DNA of 64,000 nt, taken from Alphaproteobacteria bacterium (GTDB taxonomy: Bacteria > Pseudomonadota > Alphaproteobacteria > JAAXGF01). The stretch's first letter is position 1. Each line of letters begins with the position of its first letter. Below are positions 27,567-37,886 of the stretch, in pieces. The stretch covers positions 768,001-832,000 of the forward strand of contig CAUVXB020000002.1 in NCBI GenBank assembly GCA_963555825.3, in the 5' to 3' direction. The notes below the pieces were generated by a model. That model saw only the letters and a list, made by a program, of their open reading frames with translations, did not search any database and was not told the origin of the DNA. The translations under genes and the position numbers were made by a program.

Positions 27567-30443
27567 CTACCGTTTTCTGTCGAAACTGATGACCTTGTAC
27601 GAATCGGCGGTTTTCTCGATTTTTGCCGTGGCGCGCTCGATTAGGCCGCCGGTGAGCTCCCCCGCTCGATATTTGATGTCTACAACGAACGTCGTCCCAG
27701 AGATCGACCTTACCGACAAGTCCTCGAAATTGGTGAGCTCGACGGTCCGAGTGCCGCCGATGATGCGCTAGAATTTTTGTCCGTTGAAGTATTTCTTGAT
27801 CACGGACTTCAGGTGATCGTCCTTTTCGACCTCGGCCTTGTCGACGACGATGCTCGGCGCCGGCGGCGCGGTGAGCAGGGCGGTCTGGGTCCCCTGCTGG
27901 GCCTCTGATCCACCGCTCTCCGAACCGGTCTGCGGCAGTGAGACCCTGATCAACCGAATTCTGAATTTCTTGGGGACTGAAACTGCTGTATTTACCGCCA
28001 ACCAACCACCTGCCTCGGCTTCGAACTTTCCATTGGCGAAGGCTGTGTTTACTTTCAGCCGACTTATCAGAGTCTTGAATCTTGTATTTTTTTTCAATAG
28101 CGCGGACATCACCGCGCGTAATCTACCCGACTGATCGATCGAGCCCGCAAAATTCCCCGCCACATCGTCCAAGGAATAGGCAACGTTGAATTCGTTATTG
28201 GCGATTTGGACGTTCTTTCTCTCCATCGCGTCGCTTTCCAAATCCACTATTTCGAGAATCCATTTGCCATTGAACGACGATCTGGACGGCGCCAGCATCG
28301 CCGTCTGGAACGCCTGCTCCGCCTTGGCTTTCTCGGCCGCCTTGCGTTCTTCCTCGTTGCGTTTGGCTTGCTCGGCTGCCAGGCGTTCGGCCTCGGCCAT
28401 GCGGGCGCGGGCGAGCACCGCATAGGTGCCGCCCGGGAACTGCTGCAGGTAGACCCGGTAGTCGATCGCGCGGTTGCTGTCCTTGATGGTGTCCCACAGC
28501 GCGCGCTCCCGCGCCTGGCGCTGGGCGGCCGCCACCTGGGCCTCGGCCGCCTTGCGCGCGGCTTCCTGGCGCTTGGCCTCCTCGACTGCGAGGCGCTTCG
28601 CCTCGGCCTCGGCGGCCTTGCGCTCGGCCCGCTTGCGCGCGGCTTCTTCCGCTGCCTGGCGTTCGGACGCCTTGCGCTTGGCTTCCGCCTCGGCGGTGGC
28701 GCGCGCCGCCTCTTCCGCCGCCTCCTTGCGCTTCGCTTCTTCGGCGGCGACGTGCGCCGCTTCTTCCGCCGCGACGCGCTTGGCCTCGGCCTCGGCGGCG
28801 AGCCGCGTGGCCTCCCGGCGCGCGGCCGCCTCGGCGGCCTTGCGCTCGGCCTCCTGGCGCTTCGCTTCCTCGGCGGCGTGTCGCGCGGCTTCTTCTGCCG
28901 CGACACGCTTGGCCTCGGCCTCAGCGGCGAGCCGCGTGGCCTCCCGGCGCGCCGCTTCCTCGGCAGACTTGCGCTCGGCCTCGGCCGCCGCCTGGCCGAA
29001 CGTCGCCAGCCTGAGCGTCGCCAGCGCGGCGAAGGCGCCCTCGGGGAACTGCGAGAGATAGGCCTGGTAGTCGGCCGCCTCGGCGCTGTCCTTGATCGCC
29101 TGCCAGAAGGCCAGCTCGGCGGCGCTGCCCTGCACCGCCGCGCGGCTCTCGGCACCGGCCTCGAGCCGGGCAATGCGCGCCTTGGCGAGCGGTGCGTAAA
29201 CGCCCGCGGGGTAGGCGTCGAGATAGGCCTGGTAGTCGGCCGCGAACTGGCTGTCCTTGACGGCGCTCCACAGCGCCACCTCGGCGGGCGCGATCGCCGG
29301 CGCCGCCGGGGCGGCGGGCGCGGCGGTCGCGACCGTGGTCGTCGGCGTCACGGCGATCGGCACGAACAGGAAGTCGCCGCCGTCGTGGCCGGCCTTGCGC
29401 ACGTCGGCGTATTCCGGCGTCTGATCGGCGTTGACCACGATCGGCCGCTTGATGGCGTCGAACAGCGCCTGGCCGTCGAGTATATCGGTGTTGCCTTCGA
29501 GCGCATCGAGGAACGCCTTGGCGAACACCGAATGGCCGCCGCCGCCGGCATCGAGCACCGGCTCGAGGCCGCCCGAGGTGAGCGCCGTGCGCGAGCGCCG
29601 GCCGTTCATGCGCTTGAGCCAAGCGGTGCGCTCGGCGCCCGTCTTGAGGCTCGCCGCGGCGTTGCGCGTCAGCTTGCCCGAATAGCACGAATCGGCGACC
29701 ACCATGACGTGTTTGGCGCTCATCGCCCGAAGCTGGCCCGAGATGTCGTTGTTCGACACCCAGTTGACCGGGTTGTCCGGCTCGGCGTCGACCGGCAGCC
29801 AGTAGCCCTCGTCCGAGCCGATGTCGAGGCTGCCGTGGCCGGCGTAGTAGATCAGCAGGTTGTCGGTCTCGTTGAGCTCGGCGCGCAACCGCGACAGCGC
29901 CGAGATGATGTCGTAGCGCGTCGCGTCGACCAGCACCTCGACATCGAAGCCATAGTGCCGCTCGAGCATCTCGGCGACCGCCTCGGCGTCGACCACCGCC
30001 ATTTCCAGATCGGATAGATGCTTGTATGCGTTATTGCCGATGACCAGCGCGTGGAAGCGGCCGTAGACGGCGGGCCCCTCGGCGACTGCCGCGGCGCGCC
30101 GCACCAGCACCTTGTGCTCGGCGCGGTCGCCGTACGAGCCCTCGAGCACCAGCAAGAGATCGGTGCGGCCGACCGGGACTTCTTGGCGAATGCGGAAGCT
30201 GCCGTCGGGCGCCACCTTGACCGGCGCGCCGTTGACCGTCAGCGTCACCTCGCCCGGCGCGATCACGCGGCCCGAGAAGTCGACGGTCTCCTGGTCGGTC
30301 TTGAGCCGGCGCGGCGCGTCGATCACCGCGAGGCTCGACTGCGCCAGCACCAGCGGCGCCGCCGTCGCGTCGCCCCGGTCGCCGGCGCGCGCGTCGCCCG
30401 ACAGGCCGAAAACCAGCAGGGCGACGAACACCGCCCACCTCAT
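27567..30443 (-). CDS. Secreted caspase-like (C14) protein, paralog A, with an in-frame TAG at 27768-27770
   Basis: Signal peptide, beta-rich N-domain, YYAGHG/DSCYSG dyad, three W..KDS..DY..YL..(F/Y)P.G repeats, Ala/Glu/Lys/Arg coil; similarity to paralog B continues 66 codons past the TAG. Confidence 0.85.
28715..28965 (-). repeat. 129-bp (43-aa) tandem duplication in the coiled-coil region
   Basis: ARREATRLAAEAEAKRVAAEEAA occurs twice, 43 aa apart; boundaries approximate. Confidence 0.8.
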
Positions 30444-30676
30444 CGTGCAACCCCCTTCATACCGAGAGTTTAGCGAACGCAGCCGGTTATGGGAATGTCA
30501 ACGGTCACAGGCTCACAAAGCTGTGTGGCGAAGGTCCAGCGCTTGTTCGCGCCAACTCGGCGCGATCGTTCTCGACCAATTCGATCTCGCAAAACAGCCA
30601 TAAGATGCTATGAGGCTGAAGGACGCAGCCTCAAGCTCCTTCGATTATTTCAACCTCGATCAGAAGGAGCGACACG

Positions 30677-31810
30677 ATGGCACAGTTTCCGGTATCGACC
30701 TCCAATGAACACGCTATTTATGCGGCACTGGAGTTGAGCAAGAACAGCTGGCTTTTGGCGATCCAGGCTCCGGGGCGGGGCAATCCGAGCTTGCATCCGA
30801 TCAAGGGCGGCGACGCTGAAGGACTGATGGCCAAGCTGGACGCGGCGCGGGACCGGGTGGTCAAGGTGACGGGTCGAACGCCGACGATAACGCTGTGCTA
30901 CGAGGCCGGCTACGACGGCTTCTGGTTGGCGCGGTTCCTCGAGCAGCGCGGCATCGAGTGTCTGGTCATGGAGCCGGCCAGCTTGCGGGTCAACCGCCGG
31001 GCGCGGCGGGTGAAGACCGACCGCATCGATGTCGAGAATATTCTTCATACGCTGATCGCCTGGTGCCGCGGCGAGCGTCATGTCTGCTCCATGGTGGTGA
31101 TTCCGAGCGTCGCGGAGGAGGACCTTCGCCGCTCTCATCGGGAACGTGACCGATTGGTCCGCGAGCGAACCGCCCACATCAACCGGATCAAGGGTCTGCT
31201 ATTCGGTCAGGGCATTCGCGGCATCAATGTCAAGGCGCGCTACAAGACCTTGACACCGGCGGCGCTGGTCACCGGAGACGGCCGACCCCTGCCGGACCGT
31301 CTCGGCCGCGAGATCGCGCGGGAGATCGCGAGACTGGCCCAGGTCCAAGCGCAGATCGTCGAGGTCGAGCGTGAGCGTGATCAAGCGCCGACACCGTGTG
31401 TGGCCACGGAAAGCAAGCGTCACCAGCTGCTGCGCTTAAAGGGCCTCGGCCCGGCCTTATCCACGACGCTCGCACGGGAAGTCTATTATCGCCAGTTCGC
31501 CAATCGCCGACAGGTGGCAAGCTATATCGGGATCACGCCCAGTGCCTATGACAGCGGCGACGGGCGCCGCAGCCAAGGCATCTCCAAGGCGGGCAATCGG
31601 CTGGCACGGGTTGCCATGATCGAAGCCGCATGGCTTTGGGTCCGCCATCAACCCGATAGCGCTCTGACCCAGTGGTTCCATGACCGCACCCAAGGTCAGA
31701 AGGGGCGCATCAGGCGCGTCATGATCGTCGCCCTGGCCCGCAAACTGGCGATCGCGCTTTGGCGGTATCTGGAAACCGGGCTGATCCCGGTGGGTGCTGT
31801 CGTCAAATAG
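30677..31810 (+). CDS. IS110 DEDD recombinase/transposase
   Basis: ALELSK, CYEAG, KTDRID, GITPSAYDSG, ISKAGN and VALARKL. Confidence 0.95.
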   Translation: MAQFPVSTSNEHAIYAALELSKNSWLLAIQAPGRGNPSLHPIKGGDAEGLMAKLDAARDRVVKVTGRTPTITLCYEAGYDGFWLARFLEQRGIECLVMEPASLRVNRRARRVKTDRIDVENILHTLIAWCRGERHVCSMVVIPSVAEEDLRRSHRERDRLVRERTAHINRIKGLLFGQGIRGINVKARYKTLTPAALVTGDGRPLPDRLGREIAREIARLAQVQAQIVEVERERDQAPTPCVATESKRHQLLRLKGLGPALSTTLAREVYYRQFANRRQVASYIGITPSAYDSGDGRRSQGISKAGNRLARVAMIEAAWLWVRHQPDSALTQWFHDRTQGQKGRIRRVMIVALARKLAIALWRYLETGLIPVGAVVK

Positions 31811-32105
31811 GACTGCGGATCAGCTCAGCGTTCTAACGGGCTTCATTCCCCGATGGGAACGCTTGTTGGCAGGTTGGATGTGTGACTGCATGTCTCCTTG
31901 GCGAAGGTGCCGTCCACAAGATTAGTCCCATCCCCGTCCTGTGATGGTCCATGTATACAGCATTGTGGCAAGCCGGATCGGAGCTGCCGGATATAAGGTG
32001 ATGCGATCACTCGCACGAAACACGGAACTCATCGCAAGACCCGCCCTGGATACAAAGCCATAACCAATGGAAGAGACGATCATGTGGCGTAGATTAAATC
32101 CACCT
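31811..32105 (+). ncRNA. Putative bridge RNA/seekRNA region
   Basis: Segments match both target flanks and the predicted donor junction (see findings); RNA boundaries unknown. Confidence 0.65.
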
Positions 32106-32202
32106 TGACAGCAAACGCCTCATATAAGGAGACATACCAATGTGACTGGCGAGTTGTGTGACAAATCATGCGTGGCGTAGAGAAGTTCGGCGCGTTTTTC
32201 CG

Positions 32203-34869
32203 TCATCTTTCCCAGCTGATGATATTGTACGAGTCAGCGGTCTTCTCGATTTTCGACGTGGTGGACCCCAAACTGCTAACGTCGCCTGTCGTAAATGCAT
32301 AATTGATGCGGGCGATGAACATCGTTCCCGAGACCGACTCTACCGACACGTTCTCGACATAGACGATTTCCAAGCGTTTCCCACTACGAGTCATAAAATG
32401 CTGATTCTTGAAGTATCTTTTGATCACCGATTTCAGGCGATCATCTGTTTCGACCTCGGCCTTGTCGACGACGACATCCGGCGTCGACGGCGCGGTTAGC
32501 AGCGTGGTCTGGACTCCACCGCTGGCAAGAGACCCATAGGTCATTCCCCCCGTTTTGAATGCCAGAACCCTGTACGCAAAACCGGTCCATTCGAGCGTCG
32601 CGATACCGTGGTCATCGGATTTGAAACAAATATTCTCCCAAATATATTCAACATTTATAGTTATTATGTTACTAGATATTTCTAACGTTTTCATTTTTGT
32701 AATAGAAATCATTTTGCTTCGGTGAAATTTTCTTGATGTTGTACATTTTCTTTGTATTTTTCTTTTATTGTAAAATTTGGTAATTGCCTGGCGGACTTCC
32801 GGATCGGCGAGGATTTCTTCTTCCGAGGGAACGACGGCCGTCTGCGAGGGCGCCGTCAGTAGCGCCGTTTGGGTCTCCTGCTGGGCCTTGCGCTCCTCCT
32901 CCTTTCGCTTGGCCTCCTCGGCCGCCTGGCGCTTGCGCTCGGCCTCGGCCGCCGCCACCTTGCGCTCGGCGGAGGCGAGGCGCACCTGCGCCAGGGTGGC
33001 GTACGTGCCGGCCGGGTATTGCTGTAGGTAGGCTTTGTAATCGACCGGGTTGGCGCTGGTCTTGACCGCGTCCCACAGCGCGCGTTCGGCGGCGCTGCGC
33101 TCGGCCTCGCGGCGCGCCGCGTCCTCGACGACCTTGCGCTCGGCTGCCTTGCGCGCGGCATCTTCCTCGGCCTGGCGCTTGCGCTCGGCCGACGCGGTAG
33201 CCGCCTGGCGTTCGACCTCGGCCTTGCGGTTACGCGCCAACGCGGCGAAGTCGCCGTCCGGGTAGCGTTGCAGATAGGCGTCGTAGTCGGCCGGATTGGC
33301 GCTGTCCTTGACCGAGTTCCAGTAGCCCAGCTCGGCCGCCAGGCGTTGCGCCGCCTCGGCGGCGGTCTGCTCCTTGGCGGCCTTCTCGGCGGCGATGCGC
33401 CGGCGCTCGGCCGCCTCGGCCTCGGCCCGCTCGGCGGCCGCCATCCGCGCCTTGGCGAGCGGCACGAAGTTGCCTTCCGGGAAGCGCTCCATATAGGCCT
33501 GGTAGTCGGCCGCGCTGCCGCCGTCCTTGATCGCGTTCCAGAACTCGAACTCGGCCATGTTGGCCTGGTCGGCCGAGCGCCGTTCCGCCTCGGCGTCGAG
33601 CGACCCGACGCGCGCCCTGGCGAGCGGCGCGAAGATGCCGTTGGGATAGGCCTCCAGGTAGGCCTCATAGTCCCTGGCGTTCTGGCTGTCCTTGACCGCC
33701 TGCCACAACGCGATCTCGGCCGGCGCGATGGCCGACGTCGGCGCCGCCGCGGGCTCGGCAGCAGTCGGTGCCGTCGGCGTCATGGCCACCGGCACGAACA
33801 GGAAGTCGCCGCCGTCGTGGCCGGCCTTGCGGATATCGGCGTACTCCGGCGTCTGATCGGCGTTGACGACGATCGGCCGCTTGATCGCGTCGAACAGCGC
33901 CTGGCCGTCGAGCACTTGCGTGTTCTTGCGCAGCGCCTCGAGAAAGGACTTGGCAAAGACCGAGTAGTCGCCACCGCCGGCGTCCAACACTGGCTCCAAC
34001 CCGCCCGAGGTCAGCGCCGTGCGCGAACGCCGTGCGTTCATGCGGCTGATCCAAGCCGTGCGCTCGGCGCCCGTCCTGAGCTCCGCTGCGAAGTCGCGGG
34101 TCAGCTTGCCCGAGTAGCAGCTATCGGCGATGACCATGACGTGCTTCGCGCGCATCGCTCGAAGCGTGCTGGTGATCGTTGTGTTGCGCACCCAGTTCGC
34201 CGAACTGTCCGGCTCGGCATCGACCGGCAGCCAAAACCCCTCGTCCGCGCCGATGTCCAGGCTGCCGTGACCAGCGTAGTAAACCAGCAGATTGTCGTTC
34301 TCGGTCAGATCGGCGCGAAGCCTATCTAACGCCGAAATTATGTCGTAGCGGGTCGCGTCGATCAGCGTCACGACGTCGAAGGCGTAGCGCTCGCCGAGCA
34401 TCTCGGCCACCGCCCGGGCGTCGCTCGCCGCCATTTTGAGGTCGGTCAGATGATCGTAGTCGTTGTTGCCGATCACCAGGGCGTAGTAGTCGCCGTAATC
34501 GATGCCCTCGGCGGTCGCCGCGGTGCGGCGCACGAACACCTTGTGCTCGGCCTTGTCGCCGTACGAGCCCTCGAGCACCAGCAACAGGCGGCTGCGGCCG
34601 ACCGGGACCTGCTGGCGGATGCGGAACGAGCCGTCCCCGGCGACCGCCACCGGCATGCCGTTGACCGTCAGCGTCACCTCGCCCGGCGCGATCGCCCGGC
34701 CGGTGAAATCGACGGTCTCCTGATCGATGTCGAGCCGCTTGGGCGCGTCGATTACCGCGAGGCTCGACTGTGCCAGCACCAACGGCGCGGTCACCTCGCC
34801 CGCGGCGTCGGCGCGTGCGTTGCCCGACAGGCCGAGAACCAGCAGGGCAGCGAACACCGCCCACTTCAT
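32203..34869 (-). CDS. Secreted caspase-like (C14) protein, paralog B
   Basis: Same architecture as paralog A; YYAGHG/DSCYSG; four helical repeats; two C-terminal modules. Confidence 0.9.
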   Translation of the reverse strand: MKWAVFAALLVLGLSGNARADAAGEVTAPLVLAQSSLAVIDAPKRLDIDQETVDFTGRAIAPGEVTLTVNGMPVAVAGDGSFRIRQQVPVGRSRLLLVLEGSYGDKAEHKVFVRRTAATAEGIDYGDYYALVIGNNDYDHLTDLKMAASDARAVAEMLGERYAFDVVTLIDATRYDIISALDRLRADLTENDNLLVYYAGHGSLDIGADEGFWLPVDAEPDSSANWVRNTTITSTLRAMRAKHVMVIADSCYSGKLTRDFAAELRTGAERTAWISRMNARRSRTALTSGGLEPVLDAGGGDYSVFAKSFLEALRKNTQVLDGQALFDAIKRPIVVNADQTPEYADIRKAGHDGGDFLFVPVAMTPTAPTAAEPAAAPTSAIAPAEIALWQAVKDSQNARDYEAYLEAYPNGIFAPLARARVGSLDAEAERRSADQANMAEFEFWNAIKDGGSAADYQAYMERFPEGNFVPLAKARMAAAERAEAEAAERRRIAAEKAAKEQTAAEAAQRLAAELGYWNSVKDSANPADYDAYLQRYPDGDFAALARNRKAEVERQAATASAERKRQAEEDAARKAAERKVVEDAARREAERSAAERALWDAVKTSANPVDYKAYLQQYPAGTYATLAQVRLASAERKVAAAEAERKRQAAEEAKRKEEERKAQQETQTALLTAPSQTAVVPSEEEILADPEVRQAITKFYNKRKIQRKCTTSRKFHRSKMISITKMKTLEISSNIITINVEYIWENICFKSDDHGIATLEWTGFAYRVLAFKTGGMTYGSLASGGVQTTLLTAPSTPDVVVDKAEVETDDRLKSVIKRYFKNQHFMTRSGKRLEIVYVENVSVESVSGTMFIARINYAFTTGDVSSLGSTTSKIEKTADSYNIISWER

Positions 34870-35044
34870 CGCTCAACCCCCTTCATGGAGAGAGATTAGC
34901 GAACGCAACCGGTTCTGTGAATGGCATGCGTCGCACGCATAGGCCGTTGCGAATTCCGGACAATCCGCCGTTTGTGCTGGGGCGCGGGCTGTGAGACTAT
35001 CGCGCCGGCGGCGCCGAGGGCCGCCGGATTCGGGGAGTACGATC

Positions 35045-37348
35045 ATGCCGCTCGACGAAAACCACGGCTACGCGCCGCGCGACTTCAAGCAGGTCGGCTC
35101 GCGGCCACTCAGGCCCGACGGCGTCGACAAGGTGACCGGCCGCGCGCGCTTCGGCGCCGACGCGACGGCGTCCGGCATGCTGATCGCCAAGATACTGCGC
35201 AGCCCGCACGCCCACGCCCGCATCCTGGGCTTCGACACCTCGAAGGCCGTGGCGCTGGAGGGCGTCAAGGCGGTCGTCACGCGCGACGATTTTCCCGACG
35301 TCGACCCGGACGCCATCATGACCGGCGAGGAGGACGACGAGCTGCGCTGGGTCGCGACCAACGTCATGGCGCGCGACAAAGCGCTCTACCAGGGCCACAC
35401 GGTGGCCGCCGTCGCCGCGACCAACGCGCGTATCGCGACCCAAGCGCTCGGCCTGATCGATGTCGATTACGAAGTGCTGCCCCATGTCACCGACGTCGAC
35501 GAAGCGATGAAGCCCGGCGCGCCGGTGCTGCACGACGACATGTTCACCTCGGGCGTCGAGCCAAAGCCAGAGACGCCGTCGAACGTCGCGAGCCGCGTCG
35601 AGGTCGTCCACGGCGACGTCGAGGCGGGCTTCGCCGAGGCCGACGTCATCATCGAACGCGACTTCACCACCGAGGCGGTGCACCAGGGCTATATCGAGCC
35701 GCACGCTTGCCTGGCGAGTTATGGCGAGGACGGCCAGGCCGAGCTGTGGTGCTGCACCCAGGGCCACTTCGCGATCCGCAACGGCTGCGCCCAGATCCTC
35801 GGCATGGACATCTCGAAGCTGCGCGTCACGGCGTCCGAGATCGGTGGCGGCTTCGGCGGCAAGACGCGCGTCTTCATCGAGCCGGTCGCGCTGGCGCTGT
35901 CGCGCAAGGCGGGCCGGCCGGTCAAGCTGGTGCTGACGCGGGAAGAGGAGTTCATCGGCACCGGGCCGACCGCGAGCACTGCCATGACGGTCAAGATCGG
36001 CGCCACCAACGACGGCCGGCTGGTCGCTGGCGAGGCGTTGCTGAAGTACCAGGGCGGCGCCTTCCCGGGCTCGCCGGTCGGCTCGGGCGTGATGACCGCT
36101 TTCGCCTGCTACGACATGGACCACGTCAAGGCGGTCGGCTACGACGTCGTCACCAACCGGCCGAAGGCGGCGGCCTACCGCGCGCCGGGCGCGCCGATGG
36201 CGGCTTTCGCGGTCGAAAGCGTCGTCGACGAGATCGCCGAGACGATCGGCATGGACCCGGTCGAGCTGCGCCTGAAGAACGCCGCCAAGCAAGGCACCAA
36301 GGCGGCCTACGGGCCGACCTTCGGGCCGATCGGCTTCGTCGAGACGCTCGAGGCGGCCAAGGGCCACGCCAATTACGCCGCGCCGCTCGGCGCCAACCAG
36401 GGCCGCGGCGTCGCCAGCGGCTATTGGTTCAACTGGGACGGCGAGACCGCGGTCGGCCTCAACGTCAACCTCGACGGCACCGTGATGGTCGCCGTCGGCA
36501 CGCCCGACATCGGCGGCTCGCGCGCCTCGATGTGCCTGATGGCGGCCGAGGAGCTGGGCATCGACTACGACCGCGTGCGCACCTACGTCGCCGACACCGG
36601 CGCGCTCGGCTTCAACGACGTCTCGGCGGGCAGCCGGGTGACCTTCGCCTGCGGCATGGCGACGATCCAGGCGGCGCGCGACGTGATTGCCGAGATGTGC
36701 GGCCGGGTGGCCAAGATATGGGGCATCCCGGCCGACGCGGTCACCTGGGAGGACGGCTGCGCCAAGCCGTCCGGATCCAACGCCGGCGATTTCGAGCCGA
36801 TGTCGCTGGCCGCTATCGCCAAGATCCAGGCCGAGACCGGCGGGCCGATCGCCGGCCACGCCGAGTTCAGCGCCAAGGGCGTCGGCGTCAGCTTCGGCAC
36901 CCATGTCGTCGACGTCGAGGTCGACCCCGAGACCGGGCGCGTCACGGTGCTGCGCTATCTGGTGACCCAGGACGCCGGCAAGGCGATTCATCCGAGCTAT
37001 GTCGAGGGCCAGTTCCAGGGCGGCGCGGCGCAGGGCGTCGGCTGGGCGATCAACGAGGAATACGTCTACGGCGCCGACGGCCGGCTGCAGAACCCGGGCT
37101 TCCTGGACTACCGCATGCCGGTCGCCTCGGATTTGCCGATGATCGACACGGTGATCGTCGAGGTGCCCAACCCGGGCCATCCCTATGGCGTGCGCGGCGT
37201 CGGCGAGACCTCGATCATCCCGCCGATGGCGGCGGTCGCCAACGCCGTGGCCCGGGCGACCGGCGTGCGCATGACCTCGCTGCCGATATCGCCGCCCAAG
37301 CTGCTGGCGGCGCTCGGCGCGGCCAGCCCGAAGCTGGCCGCCGAGTAG
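35045..37348 (+). CDS. Xanthine dehydrogenase-family molybdopterin-binding large subunit
   Basis: KVTGRA, LRSPHAHARI, HQGYIEPH, IGGGFGGK, YRAPG, GSR, VEGQFQGG and GVRGVGE. Confidence 0.95.
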   Translation: MPLDENHGYAPRDFKQVGSRPLRPDGVDKVTGRARFGADATASGMLIAKILRSPHAHARILGFDTSKAVALEGVKAVVTRDDFPDVDPDAIMTGEEDDELRWVATNVMARDKALYQGHTVAAVAATNARIATQALGLIDVDYEVLPHVTDVDEAMKPGAPVLHDDMFTSGVEPKPETPSNVASRVEVVHGDVEAGFAEADVIIERDFTTEAVHQGYIEPHACLASYGEDGQAELWCCTQGHFAIRNGCAQILGMDISKLRVTASEIGGGFGGKTRVFIEPVALALSRKAGRPVKLVLTREEEFIGTGPTASTAMTVKIGATNDGRLVAGEALLKYQGGAFPGSPVGSGVMTAFACYDMDHVKAVGYDVVTNRPKAAAYRAPGAPMAAFAVESVVDEIAETIGMDPVELRLKNAAKQGTKAAYGPTFGPIGFVETLEAAKGHANYAAPLGANQGRGVASGYWFNWDGETAVGLNVNLDGTVMVAVGTPDIGGSRASMCLMAAEELGIDYDRVRTYVADTGALGFNDVSAGSRVTFACGMATIQAARDVIAEMCGRVAKIWGIPADAVTWEDGCAKPSGSNAGDFEPMSLAAIAKIQAETGGPIAGHAEFSAKGVGVSFGTHVVDVEVDPETGRVTVLRYLVTQDAGKAIHPSYVEGQFQGGAAQGVGWAINEEYVYGADGRLQNPGFLDYRMPVASDLPMIDTVIVEVPNPGHPYGVRGVGETSIIPPMAAVANAVARATGVRMTSLPISPPKLLAALGAASPKLAAE

Positions 37349-37359
37349 GGCGGCGGCCG

Positions 37360-37605
37360 ATGGTCCGCGTGCAACTCGGCGGCACGCTCAAGAACGCCGC
37401 CGGGGGGACAAGCGAGTTCGAGATCGAGGCCGCGACGATCCGCGAGCTGCTCGACCGGCTCGGCGAGCAATGCCCCAAGCTCTGCCCGGTGCTCGAGCGC
37501 GGCGTCGCCGTCGCGATCGACGGCCAGATCTATCGCGCCCAATGGTTCCAGCCCGTACCGCCCGACAGCGAGGTCTTCATCCTGCCGCGCATGACCGGCG
37601 GCTAG
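37360..37605 (+). CDS. MoaD/ThiS-family protein
   Basis: Beta-grasp pattern with C-terminal GG. Confidence 0.9.
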   Translation: MVRVQLGGTLKNAAGGTSEFEIEAATIRELLDRLGEQCPKLCPVLERGVAVAIDGQIYRAQWFQPVPPDSEVFILPRMTGG

Positions 37606-37886
37606 CCCGGAATTCTCACCATGGACAGGTGCGGCACGGCGGATATCGGACGACAGGCTAGGAAAAGCGCGCGGCGCGATGCTTGCGCATCGGGCAAGCG
37701 CTTTGACGCGGCCTGTCGTCCGAGATCCGCCGCCCTTAAGGGTCGCGCCGGGCGGGCCGTCCGCGGCGTCGAAGGCCTTGACCGTGGCCCACGCCACGCG
37801 CGGCGGCCTTCTCCTGGCGGATCGGCGACCGCCCGACGCGATGACGCGCCTGTCCATAGTGAGAACGCCAGGCTAGGCCGTCAGCC

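Larger units (their letters stand above)
30601..32128 (+). mobile_element. IS110-family element, IS1111 group
   Basis: Subterminal IRs TATGAGGC (30609-16) and GCCTCATA (32117-24); TAAG core at both ends; long 3' non-coding region; TTGACA at 32105-10. Confidence 0.85.

Noticed and set aside
28300-29300. CRISPR-like or non-coding repeat array
   Set aside because: The repeats are in-frame Ala/Glu/Lys/Arg coiled-coil codons without unique spacers; no CRISPR array seen anywhere in the window
27567-32800. Diversity-generating retroelement acting on the caspase C-termini
   Set aside because: No reverse transcriptase in the window, and paralog differences are not restricted to adenines
34921-37359. 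894-aa ORF ending in a MoaD domain
   Set aside because: The N-terminal part is an Arg/Gly-rich shadow frame over the molybdoenzyme gene; the real start is 37360
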